From positions 2,272,001 to 2,336,000 of the forward strand of contig CM000207.1 in the NCBI GenBank assembly GCA_000002445.1: DNA of 64,000 bases, read 5' to 3'. A program made the position numbers and the translations under genes. The DNA is from Trypanosoma brucei (lineage: Eukaryota). Below, piece after piece: positions 1 to 9,149 of the stretch (position 1 is the first letter of the stretch; every line of letters begins with the position of its first letter). The notes under the pieces were generated by a model that was given only the letters and a program-made list of their open reading frames with translations, made no database searches and had not been told where the DNA came from.

Positions 1-988
1 CTATATCTATATCTATATCTATATATATCTATATATGCAAATATAATTATACTATAGCTTATGGTTTTCTTGCATATCTGTATAAGCGCGTTGGGGTTCT
101 TGATGGGTGCTTTCATGGCTTATACGTGCTCGTTTCTCCCGTTCATTTTTACGCAGTCGGACAATTTCATGTCGCTCTTTCCATTGCAATTACTCATTTT
201 CATTTTACACATCACTTTCTTACACATATAGGCGCTTTAAAGTCTGCTGCCCGCCGTTTTCAATGGCGGTCGGCATGCCCCTCTACATGCCTACTGAGCA
301 GGCGGACGGGCCCCGGCATGGCAACACCAAATATCCCCTTTCAGGGTTTCGCCTCATTTTGCCGATGTTCTTAACCTGGTTATACCCGCAATATGCCAGC
401 TGCACGTTCAGTTCGTGATGTTATATACTTTTCCAATTTTGGGGCCGGCCCCCGCCCAATCATCACCCGCCGCTAATAAACGGCGGCAGCAATAACAGCG
501 AGCATACCGCCGGCCAGCCACAGAGCCGAAAGAAGCCGGCCTGCGCGCCCCTATTCATGTTATTAGCCGCCATTAAGCATTATATTACACTCAGCTCAAC
601 CGTCCTTCTTCTTTGCGTTGTTGTTGTCGCCGTTGTGTTCTATATAAAGTTTATCGGCGGAGGCGCCCCTGGCTCCTCCCCATCACCCCCTGCCCACCCT
701 CCAAAATCTGGCCGCCGCCGGCTGGTCCTGGCGCGCCCCAGAAACGCGTTTCTTTTATTGTTGGTTGATTGCCTTAATGTTCTGTTGCAGATGGCGATTC
801 ACCATTAAGCATTTAATATTTTAGAAATAAGAGAGCGCTGGTAAAAGACGGCGGGTCGCCGCCCACATGGTGGTTGCCGTTATGCACTATACCCCATGTA
901 GTATATATGCGGCCCCGCTTATTCCGCCCCCCTCCCCCATAACGCCTTAAGCACAAGACCCCTTTGTTTCCCATAAGTCTACCGACAC

Positions 989-1068
989 GTTTCTGGCACG
1001 ACAGTAAAATATGGCAAGTGTCTCAAAACTGCCTGTACAGCTTATTTTTGGGACACACCCATGCTTTC
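989..1068 (+). promoter_or_regulatory. SL RNA gene upstream promoter region (RNA pol II; position expected for the bipartite upstream element plus initiator). Equivalent regions lie at 2351-2430, 3747-3826, 5129-5208 and 6513-6592.
   Basis: This block sits at -80 to -1 relative to each SL gene and is conserved in all five copies. In T. brucei the SL promoter elements lie within about 70 bp upstream. The motifs themselves were not verified. Confidence 0.5.
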
Positions 1069-1213
1069 AACTAACGCTATTATTAGAACAGTTTCTGTAC
1101 TATATTGGTATGAGAAGCTCCCAGTAGCAGCTGGGCCAACACACGCATTTGTGCTGTTGGTTCCCGCCGCATACTGCGGGAATCTGGAAGGTGGGGTCGG
1201 ATGACCTCCACTC
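1069..1213 (+). ncRNA. SLRNA: SL RNA gene, copy 1. Mini-exon 1069-1107, splice-donor GT at 1108, and about 105 nt of intron up to the T-tract.
   Basis: AACTAACGCTATTATTAGAACAGTTTCTGTACTATATTG/GTATGAGAAGCTCCCAGTAGCAGCTGGGCCAACACACGCATTTGTGCTGTTGGTTCCCGCCGCATACTGCGGGAATCTGGAAGGTGGGGTCGGATGACCTCCACTC is followed by T5AT8. This matches the known T. brucei SL RNA of about 140 nt. Confidence 0.93.
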
Positions 1214-1262
1214 TTTTTATTTTTTTTATTTTTTTTATTTATTTTTTTTGATTTTTTTTATT
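1214..1262 (+). terminator. T-tract immediately 3' of the SL RNA gene (T5AT8AT8AT3AT8GAT8A). It is the presumptive SL RNA termination signal. Equivalents follow every full copy, at about 2576, 3972 and 5354.
   Basis: Long oligo(T) runs begin exactly where SL RNA homology ends. Kinetoplastid SL RNA transcription is known to terminate in a downstream T-tract. Confidence 0.55.
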
Positions 1263-1270
1263 TGCTATGC

Positions 1271-1364
1271 TGACACACACACTCACACACACTCACTCAC
1301 TCATATATATATATATATATATTTCTTTATTTATTTATTTGTTTATTTATTTATTTGTTTGTTT

Positions 1365-1395
<31 letters not shown>

Positions 1396-1400
1396 TATGC
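1271..1400. repeat. Compound microsatellite block inside each SL spacer: (CACT/CA)n, (TA)n, (TTTA/TTTG)n, (TATC)n, (TA)n. The tract lengths differ between units and account for the 1362-1396 bp unit-length variation. Equivalent blocks lie at about 2633-2800, 4027-4180, 5407-5565 and 1-40.
   Basis: This can be read directly from the sequence. For example, the (TATC)n tract is 5 units long in unit 1 and 8 or more in unit 2. Confidence 0.9.
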
Positions 1401-2430
1401 AAATATAATTATACTATAGCTTATGGTTTTCTTGCATATCTGTATAAGCGCGTTGGGGTTCTTGATGGGCGCTTTCATGGCTTATACGTGCTCGTTTCTC
1501 CCGTTCATTTTTACGCAGTCGGACAATTTCATGTCGCTCTTTCCATTGCAATTACTCATTTTCATTTTACACATCACTTTCTTACACATATAGGCGCTTT
1601 AAAGTCTGCTGCCCGCCGTTTTCAATGGCGGTCGGCATGCCCCTCTACATGCCTACTGAGCAGGCGGACGGGCCCCGGCATGGCAACACCAAATATCCCC
1701 TTTCAGGGTTTCGCCTCATTTTGCCGATGTTCTTAACCTGGTTATACCCGCAATATGCCAGCTGCACGTTCAGTTCGTGATGTTATATACTTTTCCAATT
1801 TTGGGGCCGGCCCCCGCCCAATCATCACCCGCCGCTAATAAACGGCGGCAGCAATAACAGCGAGCATACCGCCGGCCAGCCACAGAGCCGAAAGAAGCCG
1901 GCCTGCGCGCCCCTATTCATGTTATTAGCCGCCATTAAGCATTATATTACACTCAGCTCAACCGTCCTTCTCCTTTGCGTTGTTGTTGTCGCCGTTGTGT
2001 TCTATATAAAGTTTATCGGCAGAGGCGCCCCTGGCTCCTCCCCATCACCCCCTGCCCACCCTCCAAAATCTGGCCGCCGCCGGCTGGTCCTGGCGCGCCC
2101 CAGAAACGCGTTTCTTTTATTGTTGGTTGATTGCCTTAATGTTCTGTTGCAGATGGCGATTCACCATTAAGCATTTAATATTTTAGAAATAAGAGAGCGC
2201 TGGTAAAAGACGGCGGGTCGCCGCCCACATGGTGGTTGCCGTTATGCACTATACCCCATGTAGTATATATGCGGCCCCGCTTATTCCGCCCCCCTCCCCC
2301 ATAACGCCTTAAGCACAAGACCCCTTTGTTTCCCATAAGTCTACCGACACGTTTCTGGCACGACAGTAAAATATGGCAAGTGTCTCAAAACTGCCTGTAC
2401 AGCTTATTTTTGGGACACACCCATGCTTTC

Positions 2431-2575
2431 AACTAACGCTATTATTAGAACAGTTTCTGTACTATATTGGTATGAGAAGCTCCCAGTAGCAGCTGGGCCA
2501 ACACACGCATTTGTGCTGTTGGTTCCCGCCGCATACTGCGGGAATCTGGAAGGTGGGGTCGGATGACCTCCACTC
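2431..2575 (+). ncRNA. SLRNA: SL RNA gene, copy 2
   Basis: Identical to copy 1 and offset from it by +1362 bp. Confidence 0.93.
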
Positions 2576-3826
2576 TTTTTATTTTTTTTATTTTTTTTAT
2601 TTATTTTTTTTGATTTTTTTTATTTGCTATGCTGACACACACACTCACACACACTCACACACACTCACTCACTCATATATATATATATATATATATATAT
2701 TTCTTTATTTATTTATTTGTTTATTTATTTATTTGTTTGTTTATATCTATATCTATATCTATATCTATATCTATATCTATATATATCTATATATGCAAAT
2801 ATAATTATACTATAGCTTATGGTTTTCTTGCATATCTGTATAAGCGCGTTGGGGTTCTTGATGGGCGCTTTCATGGCTTATACGTGCTCGTTTCTCCCGT
2901 TCATTTTTACGCAGTCGGACAATTTCATGTCGCTCTTTCCATTGCAATTACTCATTTTCATTTTACACATCACTTTCTTACACATATAGGCGCTTTAAAG
3001 TCTGCTGCCCGCCGTTTTCAATGGCGGTCGGCATGCCCCTCTACATGCCTACTGAGCAGGCGGACGGGCCCCGGCATGGCAACACCAAATATCCCCTTTC
3101 AGGGTTTCGCCTCATTTTGCCGATGTTCTTAACCTGGTTATACCCGCAATATGCCAGCTGCACGTTCAGTTCGTGATGTTATATACTTTTCCAATTTTGG
3201 GGCCGGCCCCCGCCCAATCATCACCCGCCGCTAATAAACGGCGGCAGCAATAACAGCGAGCATACCGCCGGCCAGCCACAGAGCCGAAAGAAGCCGGCTT
3301 GCGCGCCCTTATTCATGTTATTAGCCGCCATTAAGCATTATATTACACTCAGCTCAACCGTCTTTATTCTTTGCGTTGTTGTTGTCGCCGTTGTGTTCTA
3401 TATAAAGTTTATCGGCGGAGGCGCCCCTGGCTCCTCCCCATCACCCCCTGCCCACCCTCCAAAATCTGGCCGCCGCCGGCTGGTCCTGGCGCGCCCCAGA
3501 AACGCGTTTCTTTTATTGTTGGTTGATTGCCTTAATGTTCTGTTGCAGATGGCGATTCACCATTAAGCATTTAATATTTTAGAAATAAGAGAGCGCTGGT
3601 AAAAGACGGCGGGTCGCCGCCCACATGGTGGTTGCCGTTATGCACTATACCCCATGTAGTATATATGCGGCCCCGCTTATTCCGCCCCCCTCCCCCATAA
3701 CGCCTTAAGCACAAGACCCCTTTGTTTCCCATAAGTCTACCGACACGTTTCTGGCACGACAGTAAAATATGGCAAGTGTCTCAAAACTGCCTGTACAGCT
3801 TATTTTTGGGACACACCCACGCTTTC

Positions 3827-3971
3827 AACTAACGCTATTATTAGAACAGTTTCTGTACTATATTGGTATGAGAAGCTCCCAGTAGCAGCTGGGCCAACAC
3901 ACGCATTTGTGCTGTTGGTTCCCGCCGCATACTGCGGGAATCTGGAAGGTGGGGTCGGATGACCTCCACTC
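3827..3971 (+). ncRNA. SLRNA: SL RNA gene, copy 3
   Basis: Identical SL exon and intron. The upstream flank has one substitution (CCCACGCTTTC versus CCCATGCTTTC). Confidence 0.92.
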
Positions 3972-4057
3972 TTTTTATTTTTTTTATTTTTTTTATTTAT
4001 TTTTTTTGATTTTTTTTATTTGCTATGCTGACACACACACTCACACACACTCACTCA

Positions 4058-4092
<35 letters not shown>

Positions 4093-5208
4093 TTATTTAT
4101 TTATTTGTTTATTTATTTATTTGTTTGTTTATATCTATATCTATATCTATATCTATATCTATATATATCTATATATGCAAATATAATTATACTATAGCTT
4201 ATGGTTTTCTTGCATATCTGTATAAGCGCGTTGGGGTTCTTGATGGGCGCTTTCATGGCTTATACGTGCTCGTTTCTCCCGTTCATTTTTACGCAGTCGG
4301 ACAATTTCATGTCGCTCTTTCCATTGCAATTACTCATTTTCATTTTACACATCACTTTCTTACACATATAGGCGCTTTAAAGTCTGCTGCCCGCCGTTTT
4401 CAATGGCGGTCGGCATGCCCCTCTACATGCCTACTGAGCAGGCGGACGGGCCCCGGCATGGCAACACCAAATATCCCCTTTCAGGGTTTCGCCTCATTTT
4501 GCCGATGTTCTTAACCTGGTTATACCCGCAATATGCCAGCTGCACGTTCAGTTCGTGATGTTATATACTTTTCCAATTTTGGGGCCGGCCCCCGCCCAAT
4601 CATCACCCGCCGCTAATAAACGGCGGCAGCAATAACAGCGAGCATACCGCCGGCCAGCCACAGAGCCGAAAGAAGCCGGCCTGCGCGCCCCTATTCATGT
4701 TATTAGCCGCCATTAAGCATTATATTACACTCAGCTCAACCGTCCTTCTTCTTTGCGTTGTTGTTGTCGCCGTTGTGTTCTATATAAAGTTTATCGGCAG
4801 AGGCGCCCCTGGCTCCTCCCCATCACCCCCTGCCCACCCTCCAAAATCTGGCCGCCGCCGGCTGGTCCTGGCGCGCCCCAGAAACGCGTTTCTTTTATTG
4901 TTGGTTGATTGCCTTAATGTTCTGTTGCAGATGGCGATTCACCATTAAGCATTTAATATTTTAGAAATAAGAGAGCGCTGGTAAAAGACGGCGGGTCGCC
5001 GCCCACATGGTGGTTGCCGTTATGCACTATACCCCATGTAGTATATATGCGGCCCCGCTTATTCCGCCCCCCTCCCCCATAACGCCTTAAGCACAAGACC
5101 CCTTTGTTTCCCATAAGTCTACCGACACGTTTCTGGCACGACAGTAAAATATGGCAAGTGTCTCAAAACTGCCTGTACAGCTTACTTTTGGGACACACCC
5201 ATGCTTTC

Positions 5209-5353
5209 AACTAACGCTATTATTAGAACAGTTTCTGTACTATATTGGTATGAGAAGCTCCCAGTAGCAGCTGGGCCAACACACGCATTTGTGCTGTTGG
5301 TTCCCGCCGCATACTGCGGGAATCTGGAAGGTGGGGTCGGATGACCTCCACTC
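5209..5353 (+). ncRNA. SLRNA: SL RNA gene, copy 4
   Basis: Identical SL exon and intron. The upstream flank has CTTACTTTTG where copies 1 and 2 have CTTATTTTTG. Confidence 0.92.
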
Positions 5354-5443
5354 TTTTTATTTTTTTTATTTTTTTTATTTTATTTTTTTTGATTTTTTTT
5401 ATTTGCTATGCTGACACACACACTCACACACACTCACTCACTC

Positions 5444-5474
<31 letters not shown>

Positions 5475-5526
5475 ATATATATATTTCTTTATTTATTTAT
5501 TTGTTTATTTATTTATTTGTTTGTTT

Positions 5527-5557
<31 letters not shown>

Positions 5558-6592
5558 TATGCAAATATAATTATACTATAGCTTATGGTTTTCTTGCATA
5601 TCTGTATAAGCGCGTTGGGGTTCTTGATGGGCGCTTTCATGGCTTATACGTGCTCGTTTCTCCCGTTCATTTTTACGCAGTCGGACAATTTCATGTCGCT
5701 CTTTCCATTGCAATTACTCATTTTCATTTTACACATCACTTTCTTACACATATAGGCGCTTTAAAGTCTGCTGCCCGCCGTTTTCAATGGCGGTCGGCAT
5801 GCCCCTCTACATGCCTACTGAGCAGGCGGACGGGCCCCGGCATGGCAACACCAAATATCCCCTTTCAGGGTTTCGCCTCATTTTGCCGATGTTCTTAACC
5901 TGGTTATACCCGCAATATGCCAGCTGCACGTTCAGTTCGTGATGTTATATACTTTTCCAATTTTGGGGCCGGCCCCCGCCCAATCATCACCCGCCGCTAA
6001 TAAACGGCGGCAGCAATAACAGCGAGCATACCGCCGGCCAGCCACAGAGCCGAAAGAAGCCGGCCTGCGCGCCCCTATTCATGTTATTAGCCGCCATTAA
6101 GCATTATATTACACTCAGCTCAACCGTCCTTCTCCTTTGCGTTGTTGTTGTCGCCGTTGTGTTCTATATAAAGTTTATCGGCAGAGGCGCCCCTGGCTCC
6201 TCCCCATCACCCCCTGCCCACCCTCCAAAATCTGGCCGCCGCCGGCTGGTCCTGGCGCGCCCCAGAAACGCGTTTCTTTTATTGTTGGTTGATTGCCTTA
6301 ATGTTCTGTTGAAGATGGCGATTCACCATTAAGCATTTAATATTTTAGAAATAAGAGAGCGCTGGTAAAAGACGGCGGGTCGCCGCCCACATGGTGGTTG
6401 CCGTTATGCACTATACCCCATGTAGTATATATGCGGCCCCGCTTATTCCGCCCCCCTCCCCCATAACGCCTTAAGCACAAGACCCCTTTGTTTCCCATAA
6501 GTCTACCGACACGTTTCTGGCACGACAGTAAAATATGGCAAGTGTCTCAAAACTGCCTGTACAGCTTACTTTTGGGACACACCCATGCTTTC

Positions 6593-6651
6593 AACTAACG
6601 CTATTATTAGAACAGTTTCTGTACTATATTGGTATGAGAAGCTCCCAGTAG
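6593..6651 (+). pseudogene. Truncated terminal SL RNA gene. It keeps the 39-nt exon plus 20 nt of intron, then diverges (GAATTATCCG where intact copies have CAGCTGGGCC). This is the 3' boundary of the SL array.
   Basis: The upstream promoter-like flank is intact and identical to copy 4. Homology to the intact copies stops after ...GCTCCCAGTAG at 6651. Confidence 0.85.
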
Positions 6652-7049
6652 GAATTATCCGTACTTGGGGTCAATTTTTCGGGAAGAGAAAGAAGTAAGA
6701 AATCGCTGCATTTATGATATCGATAGGAAAGGAAGGAAAACCTCAAAACCAAAAAAGTCTTGTTTTGGGGGTTCGAACCCGGACCTCCAAAACACAAACA
6801 CAATTAGGAGAGGAGTGTTGCCAGTTGGGCTCTTTCGACAAATCGGAGGAAAAATTGAAAATTTATGCTCAGATGAAATATACCAAATCGTACATATCGA
6901 AGAGAAAAAACATAGGTGTACAAACGGTGCACACGTAGAAAAAAGTAGCGGAATTGATAGAACTCAGGTAAATAAACCCATTACAGAAATCAGCGGATCA
7001 GTTTCTTTCTTGGGACAGAATATCGGGAGGTTGGATGTCAAAAAGTCAC

Positions 7050-8920
7050 CCGAAAATGAATATTTAGAAAAAATCAACTGTGGTCAAAACGACATAATGA
7101 CCACAAAAAATTGTCGCTACGCAGACTTTCGTAGCGCATTTGAAAGGGCTCGACCAGCCCAATGCATGAGTAACAACGGTTACTGCGACAAAGAGGTCAC
7201 AAAAAAATTAGGTGCTGCCGAACCTAAAATTTTTTCAAAAAATGGAAATTTTGAAAAAATTAACCGTGGTCAAAACGACATGACGACCACAAAAAATTGT
7301 CGCTACGCAGACTTTCGTAGCGCATTTGAAAGGGCTCGACCAGCCCAATGCATGAGTAACAACGGTTACTGCGACAAAGAGGTCACAAAAAAATTAGGTG
7401 CTGCCGAACCTAAAATTTTTTCAAAAAATGGAAATTTTGAAAAAATTAACCGTGGTCAAAACGACATGACGACCACAAAAAATTGTCGCTACGCAGACTT
7501 TCGTAGCGCATTTGAAAGGGCTCGACCAGCCCAATGCATGAGTAACAACGGTTACTGCGACAAAGAGGTCACAAAAAAATTAGGTGCTGTCGAACCTAAT
7601 ATTTTTTCAAAAAATGGAAATTTTGAAAAAATTAACCGTGGTCAAATCGACATGACGACCACAAAAAATTGTCGCTACGCAGACTTTCGTAGCGCATTTG
7701 AAAGGGCTCGACCAGCCCAATGCATGAGTAACAACGGTTACTGCGACAAAGAGGTCACAAAAAAATTAGGTGCTGCCGAACCTAAAATTTTTTCAAAAAA
7801 TGGAAATTTTGAAAAAATTAACCGTGGTCAAATCGACATGACGACCACAAAAAATTGTCGCTACGCAGACTTCCGTAGCGCATTTGAAAGGGCTCGACCA
7901 GCCCAATGCATGAGTAACAACGGTTACTGCGACAAAGAGGTCACAAAAAAATTAGGTGCTGTCGAACCTAATATTTTTTCAAAAAATGGAAATTTTGAAA
8001 AAATTAACCGTGGTCAAAACGACATGACGACCACAAAAAATTGTCGCTACGCAGACTTTCGTAGCGCATTTGAAAGGGCTCGACCAGCCCAATGCATGAG
8101 TAACAACGGTTACTGCGACAAAGAGGTCACAAAAAAATTAGGTGCTGTCGAACCTAATATTTTTTCAAAAAATGGAAATTTTGAAAAAATTAACCGTGGT
8201 CAAATCGACATGACGACCACAAAAAATTGTCGCTACGCAGACTTTCGTAGCGCATTTGAAAGGGCTCGACCAGCCCAATGCATGAGTAACAACGGTTACT
8301 GCGACAAAGAGGTCACAAAAAAATTAGGTGCTGTCGAACCTAATATTTTTTCAAAAAATGGAAATTTTGAAAAAATTAACCGTGGTCAAATCGACATGAC
8401 GACCACAAAAAATTGTCGCTACGAAGACTTCCGTAGCGCATTTGAAAGGGCTCGACCAGCCCAATGCATGAGTAACAACGGTTACTGCGACAAAGAGGTC
8501 ACAAAAAAATTAGGTGCTGTCGAACCTAATATTTTTTCAAAAAATGGAAATTTTGAAAAAATTAACCGTGGTCAAATCGACATGACGACCACAAAAAATT
8601 GTCGCTACGCAGACTTCCGTAGCGCATTTGAAAGGGCTCGACCAGCCCAATGCATGAGTAACAACGGTTACTGCGACAAAGAGGTCACAAAAAAATTAGG
8701 TGCTGTCGAACCTAATATTTTTTCAAAAAATGGAAATTTTGAAAAAATTAACCGTGGTCAAATCGACATGACGACCACAAAAAATTGTCGCTACGCAGAC
8801 TTCCGTAGCGCATTTGAAAGGGCTCGACCAGCCCAATGCATGAGTAACAACGGTTACTGCGACAAAGAGGTCACAAAAAAATTAGGTGCTGTCGAACCTA
8901 ATATTTTTTCAAAAAATGGA
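7050..8920 (+). repeat. 186-bp tandem satellite, about 10 copies, + orientation. The unit is ...AAAATTGTCGCTACGCAGACTTTCGTAGCGCATTTGAAAGGGCTCGACCAGCCCAATGCATGAGTAACAACGGTTACTGCGACAAAGAGGTCACAAAAAAATTAGGTGCTG(C/T)CGAACCTAA(A/T)ATTTTTTCAAAAAATGGAAATTTTGAAAAAATTAACCGTGGTCAAA(A/T)CGACATGACGACCAC
   Basis: The exact period is 186 bp; for example, GGTCAAAACGACAT occurs at 7082 and again at 7268. Each unit contains a perfect 7-bp stem hairpin, CGCTACG-N8-CGTAGCG. The six-frame ORF 6665..8971 is a periodic 62-aa repeat. Confidence 0.9.
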
Positions 8921-9149
8921 AACCATTTTTTTGCGACCAATTTTTATTTGAGCATTGCAATGGTCTATTGAAATTCGTGAAAATGCACTACTCGGATCTT
9001 CGTAGTGATCACTTTTTCGACCAGCTGCAATGTTGGAAATTTGCCTTTTTTCATCAATTTTTGATGTTTTCGGCTTTTTCCCCCTCTCTATATTTCTTGT
9101 TGCTTCGTTATGACAATAACCGTTGTTATTGCCTAATTCTACTCGTCCA
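8921..9149. repeat. Degenerate junction between the two oppositely oriented satellite blocks. It holds decayed + copies and then decayed - copies, and the orientation switches near 9050-9150.
   Basis: There is diverged + orientation unit-like sequence (TTCGTAGTGATCACTTTTTCGACCAGCTGCAATG) at about 8990-9040. There is diverged - orientation unit-like sequence (GCGCTACGGAAGTCTGCGTAGAAACCATG) at about 9160-9190. Confidence 0.7.

Larger units (their letters stand above)
1..6651 (+). repeat. Spliced-leader (SL) RNA gene tandem array. A partial unit at the left edge is followed by 4 full units (SL start to SL start: 1362, 1396, 1382, 1384 bp) and a truncated 5th gene. The array continues past the left edge of the window.
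   Basis: A near-identical block of about 1.38 kb repeats directly. Each block holds the exact T. brucei 39-nt mini-exon followed by GTATGAGAAGC. Unit length varies only in the internal microsatellite tracts. Confidence 0.95.

Noticed and set aside
107-6332. Recurrent ORFs inside the SL repeat spacers (83-aa MLLAAIKHY..., 195-, 167-, 129- and 185-aa ORFs) in the six-frame track.
   Set aside because: They lie in the known non-coding SL intergenic spacer. They are composed largely of microsatellite-encoded low-complexity peptide (FYFFY, IYIYIY, THTHTH). Their length changes between units purely with microsatellite length. They are classic repeat-driven spurious ORFs.
6593-6651. SLACS/CRE-type site-specific retroelement insertion in the SL genes.
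   Set aside because: SLACS inserts between nt 11 and 12 of the mini-exon. All five mini-exons here are uninterrupted.
6771-6810. tRNA-like GGTTCGAACC (T-loop-like) motif flanked by GTTTTGG...CCAAAAC, and a second GGTTCGAACC at about 12643.
   Set aside because: GGTTCGAACC is itself a 10-bp palindrome (it contains TTCGAA). No acceptor-stem, D-arm or anticodon-arm arrangement can be built around either occurrence. It is not a tRNA.
6665-8971. The 768-aa ORF (and minus-strand ORFs 8909..10126 and 10179..11729) as bona fide protein-coding genes.
   Set aside because: Periodicity of 186 bp, which is divisible by 3, keeps a frame open automatically. The two arms are inverted copies of the same DNA, and the variants are mostly nonsynonymous or fall in A-runs. 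I call it a satellite. The coding possibility is kept as a finding because I cannot exclude it from sequence alone.
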